Positions 44,510 to 58,100 are shown, counted from the first letter of the stretch. The stretch: 64,000 bases of DNA from Adineta vaga (GCA_021613535.1 CP075497.1:13144001-13208000), one strand, 5' to 3'. Notes: a model not told the origin generated them from the letters alone. Program-made: numbers and translations.

Positions 44510-45412
44510 TATTTCATATAGATTCATTCACTGACACTCAAAAACTGGCGATTGAACGACGGCCAAGCTTTTTCAAGTCATCATTTTGGATTGATCGGCA
44601 ATAGTTTTTTGACTATCGCTTGACGCAAACAGAATACTGGGGGAAAAGAATTCTTTATTCAACAATTCCATACAGGTATTTATCTCTAACATTTCAACTA
44701 CATCAAAACAAATCTATTTCATTGGTTTTTAGAAGAAAAGATTGTACAATAAGTAATCACTTGAATAGTGTCCTTTGTGTAAATGAATAAGGAAACATTT
44801 TAACGTCAGTTGATCATGTTCATCTTACAAACAAAGAAATCATGGAGAAATGTTTGGATTATTTTTTCCAAATGCGACAAAACTTACTTTAGAACGCAGG
44901 TTTTCTACAGCTACTACTCAATCAATGCTAAGCAGTCTTAGCCGTTTTCTCTCGTTATAATTGAATGTGGTCGTCTGTCTCTTTTGAAAATGGTTGAGCT
45001 CTTATTTTATACACCTAATCTTCAGACATTAACTTTTCAAACAATACCTCTTTACAAAGAGAGTGAAATAATTATTGAACAAAATGAAATATTTCAATCG
45101 ATATCAAAGACAAATCGTGTCATTAATGTTAATTACAATTCTGACTGTATATGAAACGAACTCGAACTACTGACTAAGCTATTTCCTCGTTTACAACAGC
45201 TTTAAATTAATATACAGATGAAAGATATGAAAACAATATTAGAATTTCTACTGAATAATAATCAACAGAATATTCCGGATTCCGGATTATTATGTTTTAC
45301 ATCAGCAAGTGAAGTTTATCTGGCGCATTTAAATAATCTGATCGAATTGGGAGTGTTATCTACTGACCAGAAAGCAAATCACACTGGTAACATCTTGTAT
45401 TTATGGTGGTAA
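44510..45412 (+). pseudogene. 5'-truncated, disrupted F-box/LRR paralog (C-terminal half)
   Basis: Aligns to 41210-42141, including intron position (STIPYRgt...ag) and the LYLWW* end; contains stops and frameshifts. Confidence 0.7.
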
Positions 45413-46058
45413 TTTATCTTACATATCGTTTCTTTTCAAATATATCTTTGGTGATATGTCAATTTAAATTTAATAAATTATGTAATTATTTTCAGTTATA
45501 CTAATATCACCTGTTTACATATTATTATGATAAATATTTTTGATCTTTCACTTTTGATTAAGAAAATGAATTTATAAAATATTCAATATGATTTATGCTA
45601 CAAAAATATGATCCACTCCAATTCTTTACTTTATGTTTTGATTTTAATATTCTGTCAGACTCTCAACTACTCGTCAATGATCACACAGATATATTCTTCT
45701 CGTGCTCATTGTGTTGTTAAAGAAACAAAAGAAAGTGCACATTTATCAATTAGTCATCGTCGAAAGTAATGTAGAAAACCTGATTTTTCTTCCTCGTTTC
45801 TCTTTCTTTCAATAATCGATCCCGAAAACTATACCCACATTCTCTTCTTGTTTGTATGTAATGATTGAGGTGTGACGAATTTCGATGTTATTTTCATATT
45901 TTTTGATGCAAGAAACGAAACGTCGTCGAAGTGGCAGTTTCGATGATTTGCATAATGTAGACGACCGAAAAAAACAACGAAAAGTTCGTGAGTAACATTA
46001 ATTTGTATTATTCTAAAGAAACTCGGCTTTCGTTTATTAGTGATATTCATCAAAAAGT

Positions 46059-46613
46059 ATGACACAATTGGAGAATCTTGCTAATGAACTTATTTATGAA
46101 ATATTTGAATATCTCGATTACTATCATGTTTACAAAGGATTCTTTGATCTTAATTATCGACTTCATTCACTTCTTATGCAATTAAGTCTTCCACTTAAGA
46201 TCAATCTCTTTCCGATGTCTCAAACAACTTTCAATCGTTACAATCAAGATATAATTTTACCTAATACACGTCGAATTCATACTCTGCGAATTCCAAATCA
46301 TTTCATGTTTGATCAAGATACACTTGCATTATCACATAAAACATTTCTTCAAACATTAATTCTTGAAAATATCGAACCACAGTATTTGAACAATCATCTT
46401 GATCAATTAACTTTATTCTTACAATTGTCATCATTAACTATCATAACAATTAACGCGGTCGATAATAAATCTTCTATCTATCAAAAAATATTTAGTTTAC
46501 CTTCGTTGAAATATTGCAAAGTATTATTATGGGATCGATATTCTGAATATATATTACCATATGCCATAAGAGATTACAGTCCCATTGAACATTTAATTAT
46601 CGTCGATAGATGA
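46059..46613 (+). pseudogene. 3'-truncated F-box paralog
   Basis: [20 protein letters not shown]; homologous to 40368-40915 and ends abruptly after SPIEHLII. Confidence 0.7.
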
Positions 46614-47129
46614 AGGTGAGGATAGATTAACAAAAGTGGAAGATTTTGTAAAATCACCTAGTCAATACAGTCCAAAATCATTTGCTTTAAACATAGCTCA
46701 AAGGAAAAAAGTACGAAGATTTAATATATTTTTATTTTCAAGAAAATACTTTTCCTTTATTAATTTAGCTTCATCAAATCTATAAATGTTATCGACATCC
46801 TGACTATCCTAACAGTGGATGGGGTTGGCAATGGGATGAATCAAGCAAATTCGAAGCTTATTGTTTTATATGTGTTCCTATTCTACTTTTCATTATACCA
46901 ATTATACTTATTATATTGCGAGAACTTTCTTAATTTTTCTATTTGCTGAATATCAATTAAAAACTTTTTCGTTACATGAATATATCATTTACAAGAAGTT
47001 ATTTTATTTCATTCAATTTTCAACAACACATTTTTGTATTCGATAATTCACATTGTCGACAACATATAGATTTCCTTCTCCATCGAATGCTATGTCTTCT
47101 GGCGCATATAATGTATGTAAAGATCTGCT

Positions 47130-47840
47130 CTTTCTATATCCACTTCAGTCCACTCGGAAAAAACAATTGTTCGACATGATGACCTTGATCATATCCACCA
47201 GAGACAAGTGTTTCATTTGATTTTTCATCCATCCAACGTTTTACTTCACAATATTCTGAATCACTAACATAAATAGCCCCATTTCGATCGATGGCTAGAT
47301 CGTTTCATTACTCGACGGTTTCCTGTATCGCAAACGATAAGTGAATTGTTCTGTTTATCAATAATTACATCTCTTGGTGTATTTAATTGATGAAGTTCAC
47401 TTCCTTTACCATTTCCACCCCAGCAACAATTCCATCAATGGTTAAATTTGGTCTTCATCGAATAATTCGAAGACTGAACTGATTTTAATTCCATATTGAT
47501 CCCATGAATAATAATTCATATAAAATCACTGTATTTAAACTTTGTATTTGTGTATAAAAAAAGAAACTATACCTTCTGTTACTGTTATTGGTACAGTTAA
47601 TGATGTTTCTGTTGTTACCTATATTCTCTTTCATTATAGCGTGATTAAAATAATAATGATAATTGATATAATCAACATACTAATAAATAATTTACATATC
47701 CTTTTTTGGTAATCGAGTATGATCATTGCTAAAATAATGGATTATTCTTTCAACTTTATTTATCATTTGAAATACACGTACATTGTTTCTATTATGATTG
47801 AGATGTGTTCATCATTGTTAATTGTTGATAGATGGTTCAT
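47130..47840 (-). pseudogene. NHL-repeat membrane protein pseudogene
   Basis: Minus-strand peptides GNGKGSELHQLNTPRDVIIDKQNNSLIVCDTGNRRV and LAIDRNGAIYVSDSEYCEVKRW, with frameshifts and deletions. Confidence 0.75.
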
Positions 47841-48459
47841 GTTTGATACTCCTATCAAATTGATATGATTAAAAAGTCTACAAAAATAATATCTATATCA
47901 TGAATTCATAATAAAAACTAATCAGATCATTTCCTTGTTAACATTATAACAGATGTGACTTTGCGCATCTACGTCATTTTATTTTTCAAATATTTTTATA
48001 AAGGATATGGAAGTAAACTGTATCAATCAACATTAGATATCATGCTTATTGAAATCAAATACGCAAAATCAAGATTTTGTTTTATAACGAGAAAGAAAAG
48101 TATGTAAAGAAAATATAAAACAACGTATTCTAAAGTATCGTTAGTAATAATCTTATTTGATTTTTTTGTCTGAAAACAATCGTTTTTGATTCAAAAAGAA
48201 TATTATGATTTTTTTTCTTTCAGGAAACTTTGTGTTTCCTTTCAACAAACCTGATTTTTAATGTTATTTTAATATTGATTACATTGTTTTATGTTGGCGT
48301 TTTGTTTTGATTTAGGCACTGGAAAAGGAAAGGGACTTGCGTTCATCCGTTTATTTAACTATTATGTTATTGTTCTAGTTATTTATCACAAATATTCTAT
48401 TAATGTCAAAATATACACAATAACATACAGAATTTTTCTTTTTTGAGAAAAATCTGATT

Positions 48460-50560
48460 ATGTCTACAAGATCGTCATCTCAATCGTTATACAAATGTAT
48501 ACATGAAAAATGGATTATATGGAATATGTTTGATCCTCGATGAACAGATCCATCAATAAAATATCGATAAATGCTATCAATTCGTCTCTGTTTCATTCTT
48601 ATTATATAATATCTTTTTCAATTTTAACAACATATATTTCTATTAGTATTCAAATTAAGAATAAGATTATACCATTTTCATCTCAATCTATGTATGAAAA
48701 TCTTCGAAAACAATATTTCAATAATTTACAATGTCCATGTAATAAAACAGTGATACTTTATAAAACATTTGTGAAACTTATTCCATCAAGTTTGTTTAAG
48801 TGATTTTATTTCACAAAAATGAATCGACTTTATATTTAAAGTTGATTCAACATTAATTTATCCAATCGATATTCGAACAAGTTTAAGTTCTATGTGTCAA
48901 TTTCATAATTCATCTTTAATTGAACCAATATTATTAACTAAACAAATATTAGAAACAAAAGTTCAAACAATTTTATATTCATTATTTCAAATGACATTAT
49001 TTAGATAAACTTGGAATATATAATATGAAAAACATTCATCCACTAACAACATTACCTGATCTTATCAATGAATTGTCATTATACTTATTTAAATCATTTT
49101 GATTGGATTTCTATTTTAACTATTCTATTTGGTCTTCTTGGTGGTATAACATCAGTATTACGTATTATTACTCCATTTATTATTCATTTTATTGTATTTA
49201 TAAAAAAAAACGATTCTTTTCAAAATCAATTCAACAAAATCGAACAATTCGAATTCGTCTAAAACATTTTTCTCAATCTATACAAATGAAAATACTTCAT
49301 TTAAATCTTTATAATAAACATTCTCGTGATAAAAATCGTGTTTATCATGATATTTTATCAACATGGTTATATATTATTTTATTTTCTGATTTATCAAATC
49401 AAATAATAAAAAAAAACAATTATATAAACAAAATTAATATGTCCATGCACATAAATATCAATATCTTTTGAAAATTTTATAAATATTCAAGTTAATTATC
49501 ATCAAATCATGGTGGTATGAAAATTTTCCTTCATCTTTATCTATTCTTGATATTCAAATCAATTTTTATTTAATTGCATCATCTTATTTTCAAACATTAT
49601 CAACATTTTATGAATTTACAAATACAACAGTAAATAATGGAAATCAACGATTTTTAAATACAACTTTTATCAAATGATTCATTTATTAATATATTTATTG
49701 AATCAACACGAAATGAATTTCGTTATCAAATGTTATTAATTAATATATCATTACATGCAAATCATTATGAAATTAAGTACACATCTTCAACCATTAATAA
49801 TTCGAGATTTAGTTGTAAAATATCATATACGTAATTATAAATATATGAATTATTTACTTTTAATTTAAAAGAAGACGAATGTCGTTGTATACGTCATTCA
49901 ACATGTAATATTAATTGGGAAGTTGAAGGTATACAAGGTGGTTGTTCTGTTCTTGATTCTATATTTAAATCATCAATGATTTGTTGGTTTAAAAATAGTT
50001 ATTGTTTAAATCGTTTACAATTATTTATTTCAAAATTAATTGGTAGGAAACTTGTTTCTCCTAAAATACTAAATCGATCATTACTTAGTCAATATTCTCT
50101 CGATACTTCAATAAAAACAATTGTTGATGAAATCATGATTGAATATTGGAATATTTGATAGTGAATCAAATGATATTGAAATAAATCAACGTGAATAAAT
50201 AATAACAAGAGTTCATCTTATAATTTTCTTAATTACAATTTATTTAAATATCAATATAAATAAAACAATTTTAAATCCTTTAGAAAATGATTATAATCAA
50301 TTATTAATATCTTATTCTAATTCATTTGATTGTCCTTGTGAAAAAATATCTATTGAATATAAATATTTTATTAAAATTGATACAAGAATTCATTGAATAT
50401 GTTCAAGTGATTTTATTAAAAAAGAATGAATTAATTATTTATCTCCTTATATTGGTTTAACAATAGATAAACGACGTGATATTCGTCTACGTGATCATGC
50501 ATATTTTACATTCCTATCATCTATATGTCAATTATCTCAAAGAATAATAAAAAAAATGCT
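48460..50560 (+). pseudogene. heavily decayed repeat-containing membrane protein gene (LxCPC...CSSDF repeats)
   Basis: Repeated YENLRKQYFNNLQCPC / YSNSFDCPCEKISIEY...CSSDF units and a TM segment GLLGGITSVLRII; many stops. Confidence 0.65.
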
Positions 50561-50804
50561 ATTATCATAAAATATCATTTATTGAAATAAAATATATATC
50601 TTTTTTGTCTAAATTTCTTGAATTTTAGATTTTCAAACTATATAAATTCACAATTCACAATGAATCAAAACAAGATAGGAGTTAATCAAGTAATGGATTT
50701 TTGAGAAAAAACCAAATGAAATAGAAAGCACTATTGTTTATTTTAGTTTAAAAGAGACAATTTCCATATAGCACAAATATCAAATATTGAATCACGAGTA
50801 TCGT

Positions 50805-52257
50805 ATGTATATTATAAATATAAAATCTATAATCAAAAGAATCGCTCATTCTAGATGTGAACAATTTCGAAATAGAAAATTCATTCGTAACCTATGTATT
50901 ATCACCGTTGTTATTTTTATTATAATAGCAATATTTATTTGTGCACCTATTTTTATGAAGAAAGTGAAAAATGCACAAGTTACATCACTAATTGCAGAAC
51001 CATCAATGGTAACAACGACAGAAGAGAAAACTACAACATTGCCATCCACGACAACAACTGAAACGTTATCATCATCATCAACCACAACAAACAGTACTAC
51101 GATAAAAACAACATACAGTACTACAAAAACAACAACAATAACAGAAAGAGGTATATGTCGTATGGGAAAAAAGATAGTCTTTTTTCAGTCACATGACTTA
51201 TTTGTAACTTTTTACCTGGGAGAAAAAAAAGAATTTACGAACTACTAAATCGATAGTTGAAGGTTGTGATAAGGTCTTACTCAAAAGAATTATTTTTTTG
51301 TTTATTTTTTACAAAAAAAACAAATTTATTCTTATTGTAGATAACACGGGCCGTAGATGGGTACAAAATGGTTTTACTGTTGCGGGAGGAAATGGAGAAG
51401 GGGACCAACTAAATCAATTGAATAGTCCCACTAAAATCTATATTGATAATGATAATGATCAAATTCTTTATATCGTCGACAGACATAATCATCGTGTTCT
51501 TAGATGGAAGCAAGGTGGTACGAAAGGTGAAATCATTGCTGGTGGAAATGGGAAAGGGGATGAAATGAATAAATTAAATCTTCCGAGCGATGTGATTATC
51601 GAGAAAGGTAAAAATTCTTTTATTATTTGCGATTCTAAAAATAGACGAGTAGTACGATGGTTCAATCAAAATCAAACTAACATGCGTCAACAAATAATCA
51701 GATCGAGAATCAATTGTTCCGATCTGGTAATGGACATCAATCTAGATCTTCATATTTCTGATGTTTATAAACGTGAAATAAAACGATGGAAAGACGGGGA
51801 GACAGATGGAACTATTGTAGCCAATGGAAATAATTTTGGTGATCACGCTAATCGAATCTATCTTCTTATACCATTCTTTATTGATCAACATCAATCCGTT
51901 TATGTATCGGATACTTACAATGATCGCGTGTTGAAATGGACAAAAAGTACAACAAAAGCAATCGTGGTGTGTGGTGGCCATGGTTCAGGAAATGATTTCA
52001 CTCAATTATCGAGTCCTTCTGGATTATTTGTTGATCAACAAAGCAACATATATGTGGCTGATACATGGGGTCATAGAATCATACGTTGGTCAAATGGATC
52101 TAAAGAGGGTAAAATTATCGTTGGTGGAAATGGACAAGGACAACAATCAAATCAATTAAATTGTCCTGATAGTTTAGCATTCGATCATCAAGGAAATCTC
52201 TATGTTTCTGATTACAACAATCATCGAATACAGAAATTTAATATTATTCATGATTAA
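50805..52257 (+). CDS. TM-anchored NHL-repeat beta-propeller protein with Thr-rich stalk (intron ~51151-51340); start codon uncertain
   Basis: Repeated AGGNGxGxxxNQLNxP and YVSDxxNHRI motifs. Confidence 0.85.
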
Positions 52258-52483
52258 AACGATTCTTTTTCATATATAAAATAAGATCATTAAATCTATT
52301 TTCAAAACATGTTGTTTTGTTTTTCTTTCGATAACGATCAAATATCTGCTATAATTTGATTTTGCTTTTGCCAAGAAAAATAATTGTTCTACCATTTTTT
52401 AACGGAAGTATTTCGATGATATTAAAAATGTGTAAAAAGTTCTCTAAACATACAACTATATAGAAGTATACTGATTGTAGCAA

Positions 52484-52538
52484 GTGAGTGTGGGTGTCGG
52501 GGGTGAATTGTATTGATTAATTTCATTCACACCGTCAA
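52484..52538. repeat. telomeric-hexamer hairpin element
   Basis: gtgagtgtgggtgtcgggggtgaat...attcacaccgtcaa. Confidence 0.7.
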
Positions 52539-52886
52539 TGAATGAAAAGTCAAAAAGTATCTAGTTAGAATTCGGTAATAACACTTGAATATGTAAATGA
52601 AACTTTCGGATTGTCCTCCTAAGTTTCAAGATAATATATTCAAAAGCAATTTCTTGTTATTAGGTTATGGTGCCTTTTAAATTTTTCATAAAATGTCTTT
52701 TAACGACATAAAATAGTTGTATTTTGAAAAAGAAGCTTCACAGTATCACATGTTTTAACTTACTTTTAACTAATCTAATGTATATTTATGATATCGTTAC
52801 TTTGTGTCGTTCTCACCTGTAACTATATTGTATATAAGTTATTTTTCTTACCTCTACAAAACATTCTTTTATTCTAACGTGGTATA

Positions 52887-55478
52887 ATGTGGTCAACATT
52901 CGTTTGGTTCTTTCTCTACACAATAATAGTCAATGGTCAATTTTTAGGAAAAAACAAATCTCTGGCTGATGCTCATCAGATATTACCGACAAGCATCCCA
53001 GATATCGAATATGAACAGGTCATAGCTAAACGTTATTTATTTGCACCATTTGCCAATGAATCTACTGCTTGGCCAGTACTCACTACTATTCAAAATGTAT
53101 ATCAAGTTGTTTCATTGCCACATTATTTTGATCAAGCTGCTCAAAGTTTTTGGTTATTGACTCGAAGTACTAATTCAACAGTTGAAACATTACAAATGTC
53201 TTGGATGTCTTTGTCGGACAATAATACTTCTATAGTTTTACCCAAGATTGACATTAAAAGCATTTTAGTTGTTTCGCATAATAAAACTACTGCTATGGTT
53301 TACACAGCTGCTCTCATCTCCGTAGAACGTATACAATTTATTTTATGCAATCAATCGGATGCAACTTCGTGTAGAATTATAAAAAGCATCGTATTTCCTT
53401 CTGTCTTAGCAAATATTTCCAACCTTGCAACTGGTTTATTTATAGATGATCTGGGAACAGCAGGATGGTTATACATTGCTACTAATACAGGATTGCATGG
53501 ACTAGATCTTTCAACATTTATTATTCATCCTTACATTAATGAAATTAATGAATCTGTTTCTTCTTTAGCATGGAGTTCACAACATAAGACAGTTTTTATT
53601 GGCACACAAACTAAACTCTGGATTTATTCATATGACGCTGATGATGATGATGAAAATTGGCGTTTGGAACTGATTACTGGACTCATTGATGCACCTATTA
53701 CTTCATTAGTATATAATAATGGTCAAGATAAGTTATGGATAGGACAAGAAACTGGCATTACTCTTCTTTCGCCAGTTATCATGTCGACAGGACGTGCACA
53801 TTGGTTTTTTTCAAGATTGGCAGGACAAATTTCCAATCCTGGATCAGATATTGGTCATTTACCATTTGCTAATATTACTACTTTGGGTGTGAGCCATTCA
53901 ACATTACCTGATAGTCGAGTTTGGTTAGGTACTATTCGTGGAATGATACGCTTTGATCCTAACGATACTGATGTAAATGCTTGGCGTGTATTTAATAGTG
54001 CCCGATATATGCCTAATCGCGATTCATTGGTCAATGTAGTTTCATTGGCTGTATTGAGTCGTGAAAGTAACGCACCCACTACTCTAGGCAGTACTGCAGT
54101 AGCAGTCACCAGTAAAGGCTTAGCTATACTTTACTTTCAGATGTGGACGTTGGCACAGAAAGCAAAACATTTTCAAGACTTCTTTAACCAAACAGGTAGA
54201 CATGAAAAATATAATTTGGTATCGAGTTGTAGTATGTCATCATGGGGAGATAGTCGTACTTGTGTCAAAGGACCAAATGATAATGATGGTCTTTGGACAT
54301 CAATGTATTTAAGTAGTCAAATCTTTCGCTATAAAGCAACTCAAGATCCAACAGTTAGAACATCTGCTTGGACTCATTTTGAAGCATTGGAACTTCTTCA
54401 TAAAGTCACTGGTATTTCTGGTTATCCTGCTCGTTCAATTGCTAAACGCACTGATGTTCCTCCTGCTCCGCATAAATGGTATTTGTCTCCTGTTTATCCA
54501 ACTCTTCAATACGAGGGTGATACTTCATCTGATGAGGCTGTTGGACATGAATTTGTTTATCCATTAGTACATGATTTGTTGGCTAGTAATGAGGATGAAC
54601 GTCAAAGAGCTTACATGTTGCTATTCAATCTCACTAATCATATTTTAACTCATGACTGGTATTTGGAAGGTGTGAATGGTACTCAGAGGGGTGTTTGGAA
54701 TCCATTAGATATAAACAGTGATGCTGACTATGCAGATGAGCGAGGCCTTGGCAGTCTCGAAATATTGGCTTTTTTACTTCAAACTTATGCTTACAGTGGT
54801 GATGAACGTTTTCTTAATGGTTCTCAATTTCTTATTGAAACTTATCATTATGATGTTAATATTATTAATCAAAGAATAATTGCAGTTTGTCAAGTTAAAT
54901 TTTGGAATGATCAGTTGGCTTATTTGTCCTATTTTAATTTAGTTTCTGCAATCAATACATTAACTACTACGCCTACTTTATCTACAACACAAAAGGAACG
55001 TGTACAATTAGTTACCGATAAACTATTGGAATATATGATGATTGGATTAGATCTAGCACATAAATACAAACAAATGGACAAATCACCATTTTATAACTTC
55101 ATCTATTGTTATGCTACTGGTCAAGTTAATCAAACTCGACATTTATTCAAAAGAATTCGTAGATCTTCTCCTGAATTTGATTGCAATTCATTGTCAAAGG
55201 ATGGAATATGGTATATGCAACGTTGGCCATTGGAACTTGTCAACTGGCCACAATTCAATAGTGATCGATTGGATATCCAACTTAACGTACCTGCTGAATG
55301 TGATGCGGAGAGAGCACTTCGCTCGTTAAAAATGTTACCTCCTGATGAACGAACCATTGATATATGGAACTATAACGTCTACGACTTGGATGGCGGTGAT
55401 GGATTTTTGGAAACAGATCCAACTGCTTTCTTAATAAGTTATTGGGGAATGCGTTATTTTAATTTATTAGGAGAATGA
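52887..55478 (+). CDS. intronless secreted protein (863 aa), HGT candidate (copy B)
   Basis: Inverted paralog of 24402-26987; carries DNDGLWTSMYL and GDTSSDE. Confidence 0.85.
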   Translation: MWSTFVWFFLYTIIVNGQFLGKNKSLADAHQILPTSIPDIEYEQVIAKRYLFAPFANESTAWPVLTTIQNVYQVVSLPHYFDQAAQSFWLLTRSTNSTVETLQMSWMSLSDNNTSIVLPKIDIKSILVVSHNKTTAMVYTAALISVERIQFILCNQSDATSCRIIKSIVFPSVLANISNLATGLFIDDLGTAGWLYIATNTGLHGLDLSTFIIHPYINEINESVSSLAWSSQHKTVFIGTQTKLWIYSYDADDDDENWRLELITGLIDAPITSLVYNNGQDKLWIGQETGITLLSPVIMSTGRAHWFFSRLAGQISNPGSDIGHLPFANITTLGVSHSTLPDSRVWLGTIRGMIRFDPNDTDVNAWRVFNSARYMPNRDSLVNVVSLAVLSRESNAPTTLGSTAVAVTSKGLAILYFQMWTLAQKAKHFQDFFNQTGRHEKYNLVSSCSMSSWGDSRTCVKGPNDNDGLWTSMYLSSQIFRYKATQDPTVRTSAWTHFEALELLHKVTGISGYPARSIAKRTDVPPAPHKWYLSPVYPTLQYEGDTSSDEAVGHEFVYPLVHDLLASNEDERQRAYMLLFNLTNHILTHDWYLEGVNGTQRGVWNPLDINSDADYADERGLGSLEILAFLLQTYAYSGDERFLNGSQFLIETYHYDVNIINQRIIAVCQVKFWNDQLAYLSYFNLVSAINTLTTTPTLSTTQKERVQLVTDKLLEYMMIGLDLAHKYKQMDKSPFYNFIYCYATGQVNQTRHLFKRIRRSSPEFDCNSLSKDGIWYMQRWPLELVNWPQFNSDRLDIQLNVPAECDAERALRSLKMLPPDERTIDIWNYNVYDLDGGDGFLETDPTAFLISYWGMRYFNLLGE

Positions 55479-57250
55479 TAATTTTCTAGTATGTATCATT
55501 GCTGACACTATCGATTGTGACTAATTTACATTCATCTTTTGTTTGAAATTATTTCTTTAAAATTGATTGCTAACAATTGATCGATATAAAGTACATAATC
55601 TAGTTTTCTCGATTGAAAGGAGGATCATAGGAAAACAAATAGTTTGTACGTATGTGTCAGGCTCAACGGAGAAAGGTAAAGATTTTTGAAGAGTCACCGA
55701 ATAATGTATACTATACGTGTAGGTATCCAGAATTTTGTTGTTCTTTTTCGATTTCTTTCCCAGATCGTATTGATAAAAGAGCAGAGCCAAGTGACATAAT
55801 TCTCTTTAGATAATAAATTGTAAAGGAAATCAATTTCTCAAAATAAAAGAGAAAATTAAGACAAATATAGAAACTAAAACCTATTATTTATTTTCATTTT
55901 TCAGACTTATTTTATTTCATTACAAGAAGAATTAATTACCATATATATCCTTATAAAAAAAAAACAATTTGAACGATTAAATCAAATTTGTTGTACTTCT
56001 AACCATTTCATTGTTAACAATGCTTTTGATTTTAGTAAATAAATATCTCTTCTAAATTGGTTGAGAATTTCCTTGAATATAAATAATTCAATTTAGACAT
56101 TCTTAATAAAATATAATTAATTGTATGAGTTGTATTTTAAATACCTAATATTAAATATTGATATCATTCCAATCATCTATTAATTTCATTAATTGACTTT
56201 TTCTTAAAGTTATAATGAATATATTTAATACAGTCAATTATAGTTAAACAAGAACTAAAAACAAGTTTTTTTAAATTTCAATAAATCAAATGGTAAAAGA
56301 TCTTTTCCACAGAGTGAATTCATTGAGAAAAATTTTCTTGTTAAAATATAATTTTCAATATGAGATGATCAATCCAGAATGGTTTTTAATCGTCATTTGA
56401 TATTCGTAATGATTTTCATTGATTTGTATGATGAATATGAAGTAATAAGGATGCATTGTTTTCTCATTCAGATTCGAATTGAAATTGATTTTTACGTATA
56501 GACCTAAATCTAATCCGATTAACTACATTCAGGAACCATTGAATAGTATTTGGCATCTAAATATATATTTTTATTTCGTATGAGGTCGTAGGTATTGACA
56601 TTCTATTCATCACTCACTCATTTACGTACTATATAGAGACAATTAAGAGAATGAAGATATTTAAGATAAAATTAGACCTTTCTTTTCAGTATATCAACGA
56701 CATAAATCTTTGTTGATTAGACAAGAACATCTTTTAAGATTAAGAGTGTACACTAATTATGAGAAATAATTTTCATTCTATGAAACAAAATATAAATATT
56801 AGTCAAAATGATTGGTCATACTGATAGAATGCATTATTCTCGAAGTACCTACATACAGCTTCTATGCTATGAGAAATGGAAATCTGCTAGTGATGAGTAG
56901 TGGAGAATATAGATATACGGGCTTTCACATCGTTTTGAAATATCCCACCCGTCATATCGAAATCGAAAAAATTCATCTATAAATTCTAGACTCCTTGAGG
57001 ATGGGAATGACAAAAGATATTCTAAAAGTTCTAATTCAGAGAACGAAGAAAAAAATTTACATTCTATCGTCTACATATATTTAATCCAGAATACATAGAA
57101 TTATTCGATAGAAAACCCTTTTTTTTGTGATTATACAACATTATTTATCAAATATTACATCGCTCGTCTTTTATACGATACTACTTAACTATCATTGAGA
57201 ATTATATGATCGAAATAAATAACAAATTTTCAATATTTTTTATTTTTAGC

Positions 57251-58094
57251 ATCAATGCTTAGTGGACCAATCACTGGTATAGGATAATATTAATACAATA
57301 TGAAAATAGAAAAGAAATATTGATTTTAATATTATAGGTGCACATCTTAATCCAGCATTGAGTATATCATTATTGACTATTGGTCAAATCAAATTATTAC
57401 AATGTCTATTTTATATAATTGGTCAAATTATGGGTGGATTTCTTGGAGCTCTTTTAGTTTATCTTATTTATTTAAAACAATTTGATGCATATGATGGTGG
57501 TCAAAGAGAAATGGTTGGTTCTACTGGTACGGCTGATATTTTTTTACTATGCCTTCTGATGTTATACCTAATTGGAGTGTATTCCATCGATCAAATTATT
57601 GGTACTGCTATTCTTATGATATTTATTATGTCTGTTCGAAATGTAAAGGTAGAAAATAAATTGACATATATAAATATTTATTTTATTTAGAAATTTAAAC
57701 AAATGATGTCAAAAGTTATTCAACCATTTGCATTTGCATTAATTGTTACTGGTATTATTTGTGCATTTTCAATCAATGCTGGTGCTGCTATTAATCCGGT
57801 AGATTTATATTTTTTTTTTTGTAGAATTTTCATTAATTAAACTTCTTTTTTTCTATATGGAAGGCTCGTGATTTAGGTCCACGACTTTTTGGAGCAATTA
57901 TCTATGGTTGGAATAACGTCTTTACAGTACATGATTATTTCTTTTGGGTACCAATTGTAGGACCAATTTTAGGAGCTACTATTGGTGTATGGATATATCA
58001 AGGTTTTAATTTTATTGTAAAACAATATGGACATCTTTTCGATATAGATGTTTCAACCGTAGAAATCGAACAAATTCATTCATGTAAATTTTAA
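57251..58094 (+). pseudogene. aquaglyceroporin (AQP3/7/9/10-like); 5' exons not found, internal compensated frameshift
   Basis: GAHLNPA and GAAINP/ARDLGPRLF motifs, FFWVPIVGPILGA; 4 short exons. Confidence 0.75.
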
Positions 58095-58100
58095 TATAAA

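Noticed and set aside
46611-46815. Possible TIR element (gtgaggatag...ctatcctaac) truncating the F-box ORF
   Set aside because: The inverted match is only ~9 of 10 bp with no TSD, which cannot be distinguished from chance.
55800-57240. Missing 5' aquaporin exons or another pseudogene
   Set aside because: AT-rich sequence with no recognisable peptide motif in the frames I could read.
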